This document shows, in pieces, positions 10,775 through 19,377 of a DNA stretch of 45,000 nucleotides (its first letter is position 1; each line of letters opens with the position of its first letter). The DNA is from an uncultured Bacteriovoracaceae bacterium (GTDB taxonomy: Bacteria > Desulfobacterota > Desulfomonilia > UBA1062). Location of the stretch: NCBI GenBank assembly GCA_964388905.1, contig CAYMDG010000004.1, forward strand, positions 1 through 45,000. The letters run 5' to 3'. Under the pieces are notes generated by a model. That model was given only the letters and a program-made list of their open reading frames with translations, ran no database searches and was not told where the DNA came from. The translations under genes and the position numbers were made by a program.

Positions 10775-11568
10775 CAGCCGCCATGCCCGTGCTCGACATC
10801 AGGGGGCTCACCATGGACTTCGGGGGCCTGCGGGCCATCGATACCATCAGCATCCAGGTGAACTCAGATGAGATAGTCGCCTTGATAGGCCCAAACGGTG
10901 CCGGCAAGACCACGTTCTTCAACTGCATCACCGGCATCTACGAGCCAACCAGAGGCGACATGATCATCAATCCACCCGGCAAGGCCTCACGCAGGATAAA
11001 CAAACTCAAGCCTAATATTGTAACAAAACACGGTCTGGCGCGCACCTTCCAGAACATACGGCTTTTCCAGAAGATGACCGTGCTGGAAAACGTCATGGTG
11101 GCAAGGCACTGCAGGACACGCTCGGGCATAGCAGGGGCTATCTTCAGGGATAAGAAGACACGTGCGGAAGAAAGGGATATGGTGGATTTCTCCTACCGGA
11201 TGCTCGAAAAGATGGGGCTTGCCCAATACGTGAACGAACTGGCCCAGGAGCTCCCTTACGGGGCACAGCGAAGGCTCGAAATCGCCCGGGCCATGGCCAC
11301 CGAGCCCTTCCTGCTTCTTCTGGACGAACCGGCAGCAGGCATGAATCCCAAAGAGACCGGGGAGCTGGACGAGCTCATCACCCGGATTCGTGATGAAGAG
11401 GGGATCTCCATACTCCTTATCGAGCACGACATGAAACTTGTCATGAGCATATCCGAGCGCATCTATGTTCTTGACTATGGCCAGATGATCGCCCAGGGGA
11501 CACCCAAGGAGATAGTCGAGAACCCCAATGTCATCAAGGCATATCTCGGTGAGGCCTTTGATGCTTAA
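10771..11568 (+). CDS. livG: branched-chain amino-acid ABC transporter ATP-binding protein
   Basis: 265 aa. Walker A GPNGAGKTT, signature-like YGAQRRLEIARA, Walker B LLLLDEPAAGMN. ATGA overlap with the livM stop. Confidence 0.92.
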   Translation: MTAAMPVLDIRGLTMDFGGLRAIDTISIQVNSDEIVALIGPNGAGKTTFFNCITGIYEPTRGDMIINPPGKASRRINKLKPNIVTKHGLARTFQNIRLFQKMTVLENVMVARHCRTRSGIAGAIFRDKKTRAEERDMVDFSYRMLEKMGLAQYVNELAQELPYGAQRRLEIARAMATEPFLLLLDEPAAGMNPKETGELDELITRIRDEEGISILLIEHDMKLVMSISERIYVLDYGQMIAQGTPKEIVENPNVIKAYLGEAFDA

Positions 11569-12268
11569 GGTAAAGAACCTCCATACCTATTACGGTGGCA
11601 TCCATGCACTGAAGAGTGTTTCCCTGGAGCTTGCCCAGGGCGAGATAGTGACCCTCATCGGTGCCAACGGTGCCGGCAAATCCACCACGCTCATGTCCGT
11701 CTGCGGGGTCGTGCCCCCCCGCTACGGCGAAATCCATTTCATGGGCCAGCCCATCCACAACATGAGTCCTGACAGGATATTTGCCTTAGGTGTCGTACAG
11801 GTTCCCGAGGGCAGGAGAATTTTTTCCAACATGACTGTCACCGAGAACCTTGACATGGGGGCATACCTGAGAAAGGACAAGGCCGGCATCAAAGAAGACC
11901 TGGATTATATCTTTGACCTCTTCCCGCGCCTGGCAGAACGACGCCACCAGTCCGGAGGCACGCTGTCCGGAGGCGAGCAGCAGATGCTTGCCATATCCCG
12001 CGGGCTCATGAGCAGACCAAAGCTCCTGCTCTTGGACGAGCCGTCGCTGGGATTGGCGCCGGTGCTCGTGCAGCTCATCTTCGAGACCATCAGCAAGATC
12101 AACCGCGAAAACGGCACCACGATATTCCTTGTGGAGCAGAATGCCAACATGGCGCTTCGCATCGCCCACAGGGGCTATGTGATGGAAAGCGGGGCCATCG
12201 CCATGGAGGATACCGCCGCGAATCTTTTAAAGAGCGAGAAGATCAAGGCTGCATACCTGGGGTTGTGA
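11561..12268 (+). CDS. livF: branched-chain amino-acid ABC transporter ATP-binding protein
   Basis: Start moved from 11528 to ATG 11561 (MLKVKNLHTYYGG), which overlaps the livG stop. Walker A GANGAGKST, signature LSGGEQQMLAISRGL, Walker B LLLLDEPSLGLAP. Confidence 0.92.
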   Translation: MLKVKNLHTYYGGIHALKSVSLELAQGEIVTLIGANGAGKSTTLMSVCGVVPPRYGEIHFMGQPIHNMSPDRIFALGVVQVPEGRRIFSNMTVTENLDMGAYLRKDKAGIKEDLDYIFDLFPRLAERRHQSGGTLSGGEQQMLAISRGLMSRPKLLLLDEPSLGLAPVLVQLIFETISKINRENGTTIFLVEQNANMALRIAHRGYVMESGAIAMEDTAANLLKSEKIKAAYLGL

Positions 12269-13039
12269 TGCTTCTTGTAGGAGCTGATTTATCCGGGATT
12301 CTCTACATTATCAAGAAAATATCCAACAAGAAATCTGCAAGTAAGGCCAGTTAGAAAAAGATAGGCCGATTTCGACTTGAGCAAAGAACAGAAAGCCACT
12401 GATCTTTATGGATTATAATAATAGAATTGAACCTGAATAAAGCCGGATACTAATAAGACCAAAGTCAGGTTCAAAGAAAAATGCTTTAATGGTAACATAT
12501 AATCTACCCTCATGTTTTCAAGGTCATGATGCTTTTAATGGGGCATTCATAATATAAGATAAGCAGACAGTTAATAAGTAGGGGTGCAGGGTGGTTAAGC
12601 GATTTTTCAATCATGCATAGTGAAAAGAAAAAGATCTCGATTCAATTCCCTTTTAATATTGTTAGCAATACCATTTGTGAAGCATAAATAAAAGTGCTTG
12701 CGCATTGGCTCATCTGGCAGGTTTCGCTAAAGCTCTTTCTCCACCTGACATACTACATTGTTAATTAATAATTATCTGAGATGGATTCTTATTAGAAGGA
12801 TAGTAGCTTAAATGGTGCTTCGATTAGTGTCGGAATACTTTACATTGTAAGATTTATCGTTTGATTTTAACAATATAATTCATAGATAATTGAATTGATA
12901 GAATTAATTAACTTGATGGCAATTAATTACCCTGTTACATCTTCAAATTATATTCTAATGATGTCGAGATAGTTTACACTATCTGCGATAGAAATATTGA
13001 TTGTGACTTAACTTATTGAATATAAATATATTAATAAAG

Positions 13040-13055
13040 AGGCTTAACTCTTGCA
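13040..13055 (+). promoter_or_regulatory. candidate sigma-54 (-24/-12) promoter upstream of a PEP-CTERM gene
   Basis: AGGCTTAACTCTTGCA. GG (13041-42) and GC (13053-54) are separated by exactly 10 nt, as in TGGCACG-N4-TTGCW. The -12 half TTGCA is perfect; the -24 half keeps GGC only. The GC lies 38 nt upstream of the ATG. Confidence 0.35.
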
Positions 13056-13091
13056 TTCAACATATCCATAAATCAAAATAAAGGAGCAACA

Positions 13092-13736
13092 ATGAAGAAG
13101 TTTCTAAATACACTGGTACTTGTAGTAATCATAGTGAGTTTCTATAACACTCCTATAAATGCCACAGTTGTCGCATATGATTCCGGAACATATATGACTC
13201 CAGATGGCTGGAGTGTTATATCGAACTGGGATACTGGGAAACTTTCTTATTTGCCGCATGGCTATAACTGTGAAATCGTAGCATGGGACATATCACAAAG
13301 CGCTCCATCCATCGGAGACACCTTAGCCATAGTATTCCATGGTATAAGCAATTATATTAATGATGTAAATTTGCTCAGTGTATACTTCATGGACATACCG
13401 AATAATTCAATTCATTCTCTAGGATCGAATTATCTTGGTGATGATACCTACCCATGGATTGATAACGGTTGGACGTTTGTAGACTCATATGGATCATCTG
13501 ACGTCCCTTCACTTGGTACGACACCAATGGATTTGGTATTTTCAATATCTGATCCCAGTGTAATGAATTCCTTTAAAAATGGGAATCTGTTTGCTATAGG
13601 AATAAACCCGAACTGCCATTACAATTTCGATGCGATAACAGTTGAAACAAATGCTCCTGTACCAGAACCGGCTACACTTTTGCTCGTTGGGTCAGGATTA
13701 TTGGGACTTGCAGGCTTCAGACGAAAGAAAAGCTAA
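13092..13736 (+). CDS. PEP-CTERM sorting-domain protein (exosortase cargo), otherwise uncharacterised
   Basis: 214 aa with an AAGGAG SD 6 nt upstream. Signal peptide MKKFLNTLVLVVIIVSFYNTPINA. The C-terminus VPEPATLLLVGSGLLGLAGFRRKKS is a textbook PEP-CTERM signal: the PEP motif, a TM helix and a basic tail. Confidence 0.9.
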   Translation: MKKFLNTLVLVVIIVSFYNTPINATVVAYDSGTYMTPDGWSVISNWDTGKLSYLPHGYNCEIVAWDISQSAPSIGDTLAIVFHGISNYINDVNLLSVYFMDIPNNSIHSLGSNYLGDDTYPWIDNGWTFVDSYGSSDVPSLGTTPMDLVFSISDPSVMNSFKNGNLFAIGINPNCHYNFDAITVETNAPVPEPATLLLVGSGLLGLAGFRRKKS

Positions 13737-13747
13737 TATGAAACGAT

Positions 13748-13790
13748 ACAAAAGAGAAGGCAGATAAACTGACATTGCCTTCTCTTTTGT
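13748..13790. terminator. bidirectional hairpin terminator between convergent genes
   Basis: Perfect 15-bp stem ACAAAAGAGAAGGCA / TGCCTTCTCTTTTGT with a 13-nt loop. Lies between the PEP-CTERM gene (+) and the VanZ-like gene (-). Confidence 0.7.
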
Positions 13791-13855
13791 ATTAAGTTTG
13801 TATTAAGAATCTTGTATGTTGGTCACACGGAATACTATTATAATAAAACATAAAC

Positions 13856-14800
13856 TTATTTTTCCAATCTGAAATTATCAAAATAGACTTGTTTCAGTCC
13901 TTTAAGTTTATAAGCAAAGATACTTAAGTTTGTGATCTCTGCCATGATCATCAAGCGCCCTTTTGGTGCTTTTTCCACATCATCAAGTTTGATCGATATA
14001 TGATTTTCCCCTGGAAGGATCTGGAAGCGCCTGTTGAACCTGTCAGTAAACTCATTGTTGTGTGCCTGATCATTGATCCTCACCGTGATATTCAGAGGTG
14101 AAGGTCCCTGGAGGAATACATCAAAGGACATACTCTTATAGCCACTCCAGTCATTTGCCAAATAATCCATCGAAATTCCGGGATAATTACCAGGGAGCAA
14201 GGTTACTTCAAGGGAGTATTTCCCTTCAGTAGCATGTAACGTTGTCCTGCAAATCTTACTTTCTTTCTGTGTCCATCGTGACATCTCAAGGAAAGACTCG
14301 AATGAACTCAGGGCCGGAAACGTCCTTTTCATGTTCCAGGTGTCAATTGCCGTCAGGAAAATCGGGATTGCCGGAAGGATTATGAACAGAACCACTGCCC
14401 ATCTGCTCAGTCTTATAATCAAGCCAGGGAGATTGTTCAAGAAAGAATGGGCAAGCCAAAGAAAGGCTGCAGCACCGATCGTATCATTAACAATGTCCCC
14501 AAACTGGAAGTACCTGTTTGGCATGAGTATCTGAATGCTTTCCGTGAGAACTGCGAGAAAGACCGCTATGATACCTGCTTGCACGTATCTCTTCGTTATT
14601 GTGCATGGCCACTTGCCATGATTCAGAATCCAGAGGATCACAAGGGAAACAATGCCGAAGAGGGGAATGTGGCCATAATCCAGGATTTCATCAACGATTC
14701 GGTAATGGGGTTTGCCAAAATCAGTAAAGAGCAGGAACGATACCCCGGTTATGAGAAAGAGGAGGGTAAGAATAATTTGAGGAGATTTTAATCGCTTCAT
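13856..14800 (-). CDS. VanZ-like membrane protein fused to a C-terminal beta-sandwich (CBM-like) domain
   Basis: 314 aa. The N-terminal ~150 aa are polytopic with a VanZ-like core, LTESIQILMPNRYFQFGDIVNDTIGAAAF. The C-terminal ~170 aa are soluble and resemble carbohydrate-binding jelly-roll modules (HATEGKYSLEVTLLPGNYPGISMDYLANDWSGYKSMSFDVFLQG ... VYFDNFRLEK). Confidence 0.6.
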   Translation of the reverse strand: MKRLKSPQIILTLLFLITGVSFLLFTDFGKPHYRIVDEILDYGHIPLFGIVSLVILWILNHGKWPCTITKRYVQAGIIAVFLAVLTESIQILMPNRYFQFGDIVNDTIGAAAFLWLAHSFLNNLPGLIIRLSRWAVVLFIILPAIPIFLTAIDTWNMKRTFPALSSFESFLEMSRWTQKESKICRTTLHATEGKYSLEVTLLPGNYPGISMDYLANDWSGYKSMSFDVFLQGPSPLNITVRINDQAHNNEFTDRFNRRFQILPGENHISIKLDDVEKAPKGRLMIMAEITNLSIFAYKLKGLKQVYFDNFRLEK

Positions 14801-14817
14801 AATATAGCTTTACTGTA

Positions 14818-14826
14818 TGGTATAAT
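14818..14826 (+). promoter_or_regulatory. candidate extended -10 promoter element (TGGTATAAT) facing the femAB-like operon
   Basis: Matches TGnTATAAT exactly. No convincing -35. It would give a ~215-nt 5' UTR before 15050. Lies in the divergent intergenic region. Confidence 0.25.
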
Positions 14827-15049
14827 CCATGTGCAAGTATAACCAACATACACTTAAATATTATTATATATTCTTGTGTTAAATGCCGAACACCATGTAT
14901 TTTTCCATCAAGTTTGCATTGAATTGTGACGAACATCCACTATATATTTTGATGTAGAGCTTTAAATGCTTCTATGAGACACATTCAACTGATTAGCAGG
15001 CATCACCTCACCCAAAATGGCGGAGCTTTAAACAAAAAATAATGTAAGC

Positions 15050-16108
15050 ATGTCCTTTGAAAAAATGACCACGATCAAATTAGCTGACTCACATGATAAA
15101 AAAAGATGGGATGATTACGTAATTTCACAGGCTGATTCAGGGCCATACCATCTCTTTGCATGGAAAGAAGCTATTGAATCAGCTTACGGGCACCGGGCTT
15201 TTTATCTTATTGCTGAGGATAACAAAGGAACTGTTCAGGGTGTGCTCCCTCTTTTCCTGGTGAAGCCACCCTTCCTGAAAGGGACGCTCATTTCTCTTCC
15301 TTTCTGCGATTATGGCGGCTTACTTGTCGAGGATAAAGAAGTAAAAGATATTCTTCTGCAAGCAGCATTGGAATTATCCGGAAACCAAAAAATACAACTG
15401 GAACTACGTCTGAAAAAATCTGAAGTCATGACCCAGCGTTTGTCAAGCTTAAGCGTTGCCTCTCATAAGGTGAGGATGGTTCTCGACCTTCCCGGGAATT
15501 CTGAAATCCTATGGGACACCTTCAAATCCAAGCTGAGGAGCCAGATAAAAAGGCCTCAGAAGGACGGCCTTGAATTCGTCCTGGGTTCATTTGACTTGGT
15601 AGATGATTTTTATAAAGTTTTCTCGGTCAATATGCATGATCTTGGCTCACCTGTTCATTCCAGGACATGGATCAAAGCCGTGGTGCACTCCTATGCCGGT
15701 AAATCCCACATTGGGATAGTATATGCCGGGAAATTGCCCATAGCAGGGGGGATCATCCTTAAATGCAATACTACTATCTCACTCCCTTGGGCCTCTGCTT
15801 TGAACGAGTACAGCCGATTAAGCCCGAACATGCTTCTCTACTGGGGCTTCCTTAAATATGCCAGTGATAACGGATTCAGGCATTTTGATTTTGGAAGATC
15901 CACGCCAGGGGAAGGAACCTACCGCTTTAAGGAACAGTGGGGGGCCCTACCGGATCCGCTTTTCTGGTATGGTGAAGGGTTCTCTAATCCGTCTGGTTAT
16001 GATGTTGCCAGCAAGATCCGCCCTATAATTGAAAAAACCTGGGCTCATATTCCCCAGAAGCTTACTGATACACTTGGTCCCATGGTCAGAAGATTCATCA
16101 CCCTTTAA
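15050..16108 (+). CDS. FemAB-family (aminoacyl-transferase-like, GNAT fold) protein, PEP-CTERM-locus type
   Basis: 352 aa. YHLFAWKEAIESAYGHRAFYLIAEDNKGTVQGVLPLFLVK ... LISLPFCDYGG ... RHFDFGRSTPGEGTYRFKEQWGA is the pattern of FemAB-related proteins found in exosortase loci. TIGRFAMs has a PEP-CTERM-associated FemAB model; the match was not computed here. Confidence 0.75.
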   Translation: MSFEKMTTIKLADSHDKKRWDDYVISQADSGPYHLFAWKEAIESAYGHRAFYLIAEDNKGTVQGVLPLFLVKPPFLKGTLISLPFCDYGGLLVEDKEVKDILLQAALELSGNQKIQLELRLKKSEVMTQRLSSLSVASHKVRMVLDLPGNSEILWDTFKSKLRSQIKRPQKDGLEFVLGSFDLVDDFYKVFSVNMHDLGSPVHSRTWIKAVVHSYAGKSHIGIVYAGKLPIAGGIILKCNTTISLPWASALNEYSRLSPNMLLYWGFLKYASDNGFRHFDFGRSTPGEGTYRFKEQWGALPDPLFWYGEGFSNPSGYDVASKIRPIIEKTWAHIPQKLTDTLGPMVRRFITL

Positions 16109-16122
16109 AATGGTTTGAGTCG

Positions 16123-17289
16123 ATGGCATATTCCCGATTATCCGGTATCATCACTCCCTGGTATCCACCTGCGGAGGCTGCCCTTCCTGTGTCGACGATC
16201 CTCAGGTCGGCTCTGTGGTGTGGAGATGATTTGGTCCAGGGAATCAGGAAATACCTCAACGCAAGTGAATGTGTTTTGGGCATCAGCGGCAGAGCGCTCA
16301 TGAGTTGCCTGCTTATGGCCTTGAAGGGGAAGGCTGATTCCAAAAGGACTCGGGTCTTGATACCGGGATACACCTGCTATTCAGTGGCAGCCTCGGCGGT
16401 TCGTGCAGGACTGGGAATCGCCTGTTATGACCTGAATCCACAAACCTTCGAACCAGATATGGAATCCGTTCATGCCATGGCCGGACCTGAAACACTGGCC
16501 ATCATCGGCCAGCACCTTTTCGGGATCCCCACATCTATGGAAGGGCTCATGTCGGCTGCAGGGAGCGTCGGGGCAAGCCTCATTGAGGATGCAGCACAGG
16601 GCCTCGGGGGGACACTACGGGGGAAACAACTCGGGACCTTAGGTGACTACGGACTTTTCAGTTTCGGAAGGGGCAAGCCTCTGCCCTTGGGTACAGGTGG
16701 AGCACTTGTGGGCGAACCGGAGGTGCTGAGATCATTGGTCCTGGATAACGGTAAATTCGGATACCTAAGGCTGCTCATCACCTCAACTAGTCGCATCCTT
16801 TCAAATAAAAGGGTCTATGGTGTCCTTGAAGCCTTGCCCCTTGGGCTTGGGAAGACCATATTCGATCCCGAATTTCCCATTGAGGACATACCGGGGGTTG
16901 TAAAGAGATTCGGAACGAACTTCCTGCACCATATCGAAACGCTCAACACTCACAGATATGCCGTGTCACAGGTGTATAACGAGGTGATAGGCAATTCAAT
17001 TACACCACGAGTTTACCCCGGGGACCGGGCTGTGTATGCGAGGTATCCTGTGATGGCGGGCAGGGATGTCATACCGAAAAACCTGTTTCGGCTTGGGGTA
17101 AGGCGCATGTATCCAAATGCGATCCTGGATGAGCCCTCAATAAAACCCTATTGTGTGCCCTCAAACATATCCACAACAGGGGCATCCATGATGGCTGAAA
17201 AACTCATTACGCTGCCTACCCACACTGCCATCTCGCTTGAGACAGCATATGATATAGCGATGAAGGTGAGGGGGGCCTACCAGTGCTAG
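16123..17289 (+). CDS. DegT/DnrJ/EryC1/StrS-family PLP-dependent sugar aminotransferase
   Basis: 388 aa. LIEDAAQGLGG and the PLP-lysine context GDYGLFSFGRGKPL are family hallmarks. The exact start is uncertain. Confidence 0.8.
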   Translation: MAYSRLSGIITPWYPPAEAALPVSTILRSALWCGDDLVQGIRKYLNASECVLGISGRALMSCLLMALKGKADSKRTRVLIPGYTCYSVAASAVRAGLGIACYDLNPQTFEPDMESVHAMAGPETLAIIGQHLFGIPTSMEGLMSAAGSVGASLIEDAAQGLGGTLRGKQLGTLGDYGLFSFGRGKPLPLGTGGALVGEPEVLRSLVLDNGKFGYLRLLITSTSRILSNKRVYGVLEALPLGLGKTIFDPEFPIEDIPGVVKRFGTNFLHHIETLNTHRYAVSQVYNEVIGNSITPRVYPGDRAVYARYPVMAGRDVIPKNLFRLGVRRMYPNAILDEPSIKPYCVPSNISTTGASMMAEKLITLPTHTAISLETAYDIAMKVRGAYQC

Positions 17290-18413
17290 CACTCTTCTGG
17301 GGCTCGGTCATTGGTGTTGTCTATACCTACTTCGGATACCCTGCTGTGCTGTACCTGATATCACTCTTCAGAAAGCCCAAGGAAGTTCACTGCGATAAGG
17401 TGTCTCATCCAAAGGTGACACTGATCATTACAGCCCACAATGAGGGAAAAAGGATAGAAAGAAAAATTCAAAACACCCTTGAGATAAATTACACCAGGGA
17501 TAAACTGGAGGTGCTTGTTGCATCGGATGCATCCACCGACGCCACCGATGAGATCGTAAGCCAATATATCTCCAAAGGGATAGGCCTGGTCAGAACACCC
17601 CAGAGGAGGGGAAAAGAGTTTGCCCAGAAGTGCGCCATAGAAAAGGCTACAGGTGAAATCATCGTGTTTTCGGATGTGGCCACCATGATCGAGCAGGATG
17701 GGATCTCAAAGATCGTGTCCAATTTTGCGGACCCGACAATAGGTTGTGTGAGCAGCGAGGACAGGTTCATCGACGAGAAAGGTAACGTGAGTGGGGAAGG
17801 GGCCTATGTGCGTTATGAGATGTGGCTTCGCTCCCTTGAGACAAGGGTGAATTCAGTGGTGGGCCTGAGCGGATCGTTCTTTGCCGCCCGCGCAGAGGTG
17901 TGCAGGGACTGGCCAACAAACATACCCAGCGATTTCAACACGCTGCTCAATTCCATCCGGCTCAGGCTCAGGGGTGTCAGCGACCCTGGGAGCATCGGCA
18001 TCTATACCAACATCAAGGATGAGGATAAGGAATTTGACCGGAAGGTGAGAACCATCACCAGGGGGATATCAGCCTTCATGGATAACGTTGAGCTCATGAA
18101 TCCCTTCCGGTTTGGATTTTTTTCCTGGCAGCTGTTCTCGCACAAACTCATGAGGTGGCTGGCGCCCTGGTTCCTTATTTTAGCAATCTTCGGTCACCTT
18201 GGTCTCGCCATACGCTGTCGCTTTTATAGAGCATTGCTTATTCCGCATGCAGGTTTTTATGCACTGGCAGCATTGAGTTCATTGCTTCCTTCGTCCCGTG
18301 CATTTGTCAGGATACCCTTCTATTTCATTCAGGTGAACCGTGCCATAGCAATGGCCTGGATAAAATTCATGAAGGGTGAACGATTTGTAACATGGACGCC
18401 GTCGACGAGATGA
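17283..18413 (+). CDS. family-2 glycosyltransferase with C-terminal membrane segments
   Basis: 376 aa with a GTG start overlapping the previous stop. GT-A motifs VTLIITAHNEGKRIERKIQN, LVASDASTDATDEIV and IVFSDVAT. Hydrophobic N- and C-termini. Confidence 0.85.
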   Translation: MLALFWGSVIGVVYTYFGYPAVLYLISLFRKPKEVHCDKVSHPKVTLIITAHNEGKRIERKIQNTLEINYTRDKLEVLVASDASTDATDEIVSQYISKGIGLVRTPQRRGKEFAQKCAIEKATGEIIVFSDVATMIEQDGISKIVSNFADPTIGCVSSEDRFIDEKGNVSGEGAYVRYEMWLRSLETRVNSVVGLSGSFFAARAEVCRDWPTNIPSDFNTLLNSIRLRLRGVSDPGSIGIYTNIKDEDKEFDRKVRTITRGISAFMDNVELMNPFRFGFFSWQLFSHKLMRWLAPWFLILAIFGHLGLAIRCRFYRALLIPHAGFYALAALSSLLPSSRAFVRIPFYFIQVNRAIAMAWIKFMKGERFVTWTPSTR

Positions 18414-18502
18414 ATTGATGCTGAGAACATGATGTGCTATAAAGCCTTGTCATTTAAAAATACATAAAACATTATTTTTTAATAAGCAAGGTGAGAAGAA
18501 AT

Positions 18503-19333
18503 ATGAATAAGTATATCCGATATGGCATGCTCATCCTTCTGGTTATTACCTCATGCAAGGGAGAAACAATGTCAGACCCCAAGAACTCATCGAAGGATCT
18601 CAATGAAATTCCTGCTTCCTCCTGGGAGAATTTAGCTGGCAAGAAGATCTTTTTCGGTCATCAATCCGTAGGCGTCAACATCATGGATGGCATCAATGAC
18701 ATAATGAAAATCCATCCCACCATTAAACTAAAAGTGAAAGATAACGATCAAACGGGAAATATCTCTGGTGGAATCTTTGCTCATTTCCCCATCGGCAAGA
18801 ACGAGGACCCGTCCTCGAAGATTCAGGATTTTACGCTGAAAATGAAGCACGGACTTGGGGATAAGTCAGACATAGCCTTTTTCAAGTTCTGCTTTGTGGA
18901 TATAACTGCAGATACCGATGTGCAGACACTATTCAATTCTTATAAAAACGAAATGTCCTCCTTGAAGAAAAAATATCCTCATGTCTCTTTCATTCATGTA
19001 ACGGTCCCATTGCTTAAAAAGGAAAAGATCGGCATGAAAGCTGTGCTGAACAAGGTAATCGGTAAGTCGGGTGGATTCTTTGATAATGCCCACAATGTGA
19101 AGAGAAACCAATACAACGATCTGCTCAGGCAAGAGTATAAAGGCAAAGAGACGATCTTTGATCTCGCTGAAGCTGAGTCTACCCGAACCGATGGCACCAG
19201 AGAAACTTTCACGGTGAAGGGAAAGAAATATTTTTCATTGGACCCCGAGTATACAGACGATGGCGGGCATTTGAATGAACTGGGTCGTGTTAAAGTTGCT
19301 GAGCAGTTCCTTCTGCTTCTTGTTAAGCTCTGA
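18503..19333 (+). CDS. lipoprotein, possible SGNH/GDSL-like esterase (divergent)
   Basis: I prefer ATG 18503, which follows an AAGGTGA SD, over the tracked GTG 18491. Lipobox LLVITSC. KIFFGHQSVG may be block I, and YTDDGGHLNELGRVKVAEQF is an SGNH block V-like D-x-x-H motif. The family call is tentative. Confidence 0.45.
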   Translation: MNKYIRYGMLILLVITSCKGETMSDPKNSSKDLNEIPASSWENLAGKKIFFGHQSVGVNIMDGINDIMKIHPTIKLKVKDNDQTGNISGGIFAHFPIGKNEDPSSKIQDFTLKMKHGLGDKSDIAFFKFCFVDITADTDVQTLFNSYKNEMSSLKKKYPHVSFIHVTVPLLKKEKIGMKAVLNKVIGKSGGFFDNAHNVKRNQYNDLLRQEYKGKETIFDLAEAESTRTDGTRETFTVKGKKYFSLDPEYTDDGGHLNELGRVKVAEQFLLLLVKL

Positions 19334-19377
19334 TATATAAGGATTAACCTGTTGATAAGCATGAATATTCATTTGGA

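Noticed and set aside
12268-12354. 28-codon ORF (MLLVGADLSGILYIIKKISNKKSASKAS) whose ATG overlaps the livF stop (TGATG).
   Set aside because: It has no recognisable motif and no independent SD, and such overlaps arise by chance. It could only be supported by conservation or ribosome profiling.
12715-12728. TGGCAGGTTTCGCT, which looks like a sigma-54 element.
   Set aside because: GG and GC are separated by 8 nt rather than 10, so the -24/-12 spacing is wrong.
12902-12929. Two AATTAATTA boxes 19 bp apart, plus a TTAATTAA palindrome near 12760.
   Set aside because: These are low-complexity A/T palindromes expected by chance in this very AT-rich spacer. They are not distinctive enough to call binding sites.
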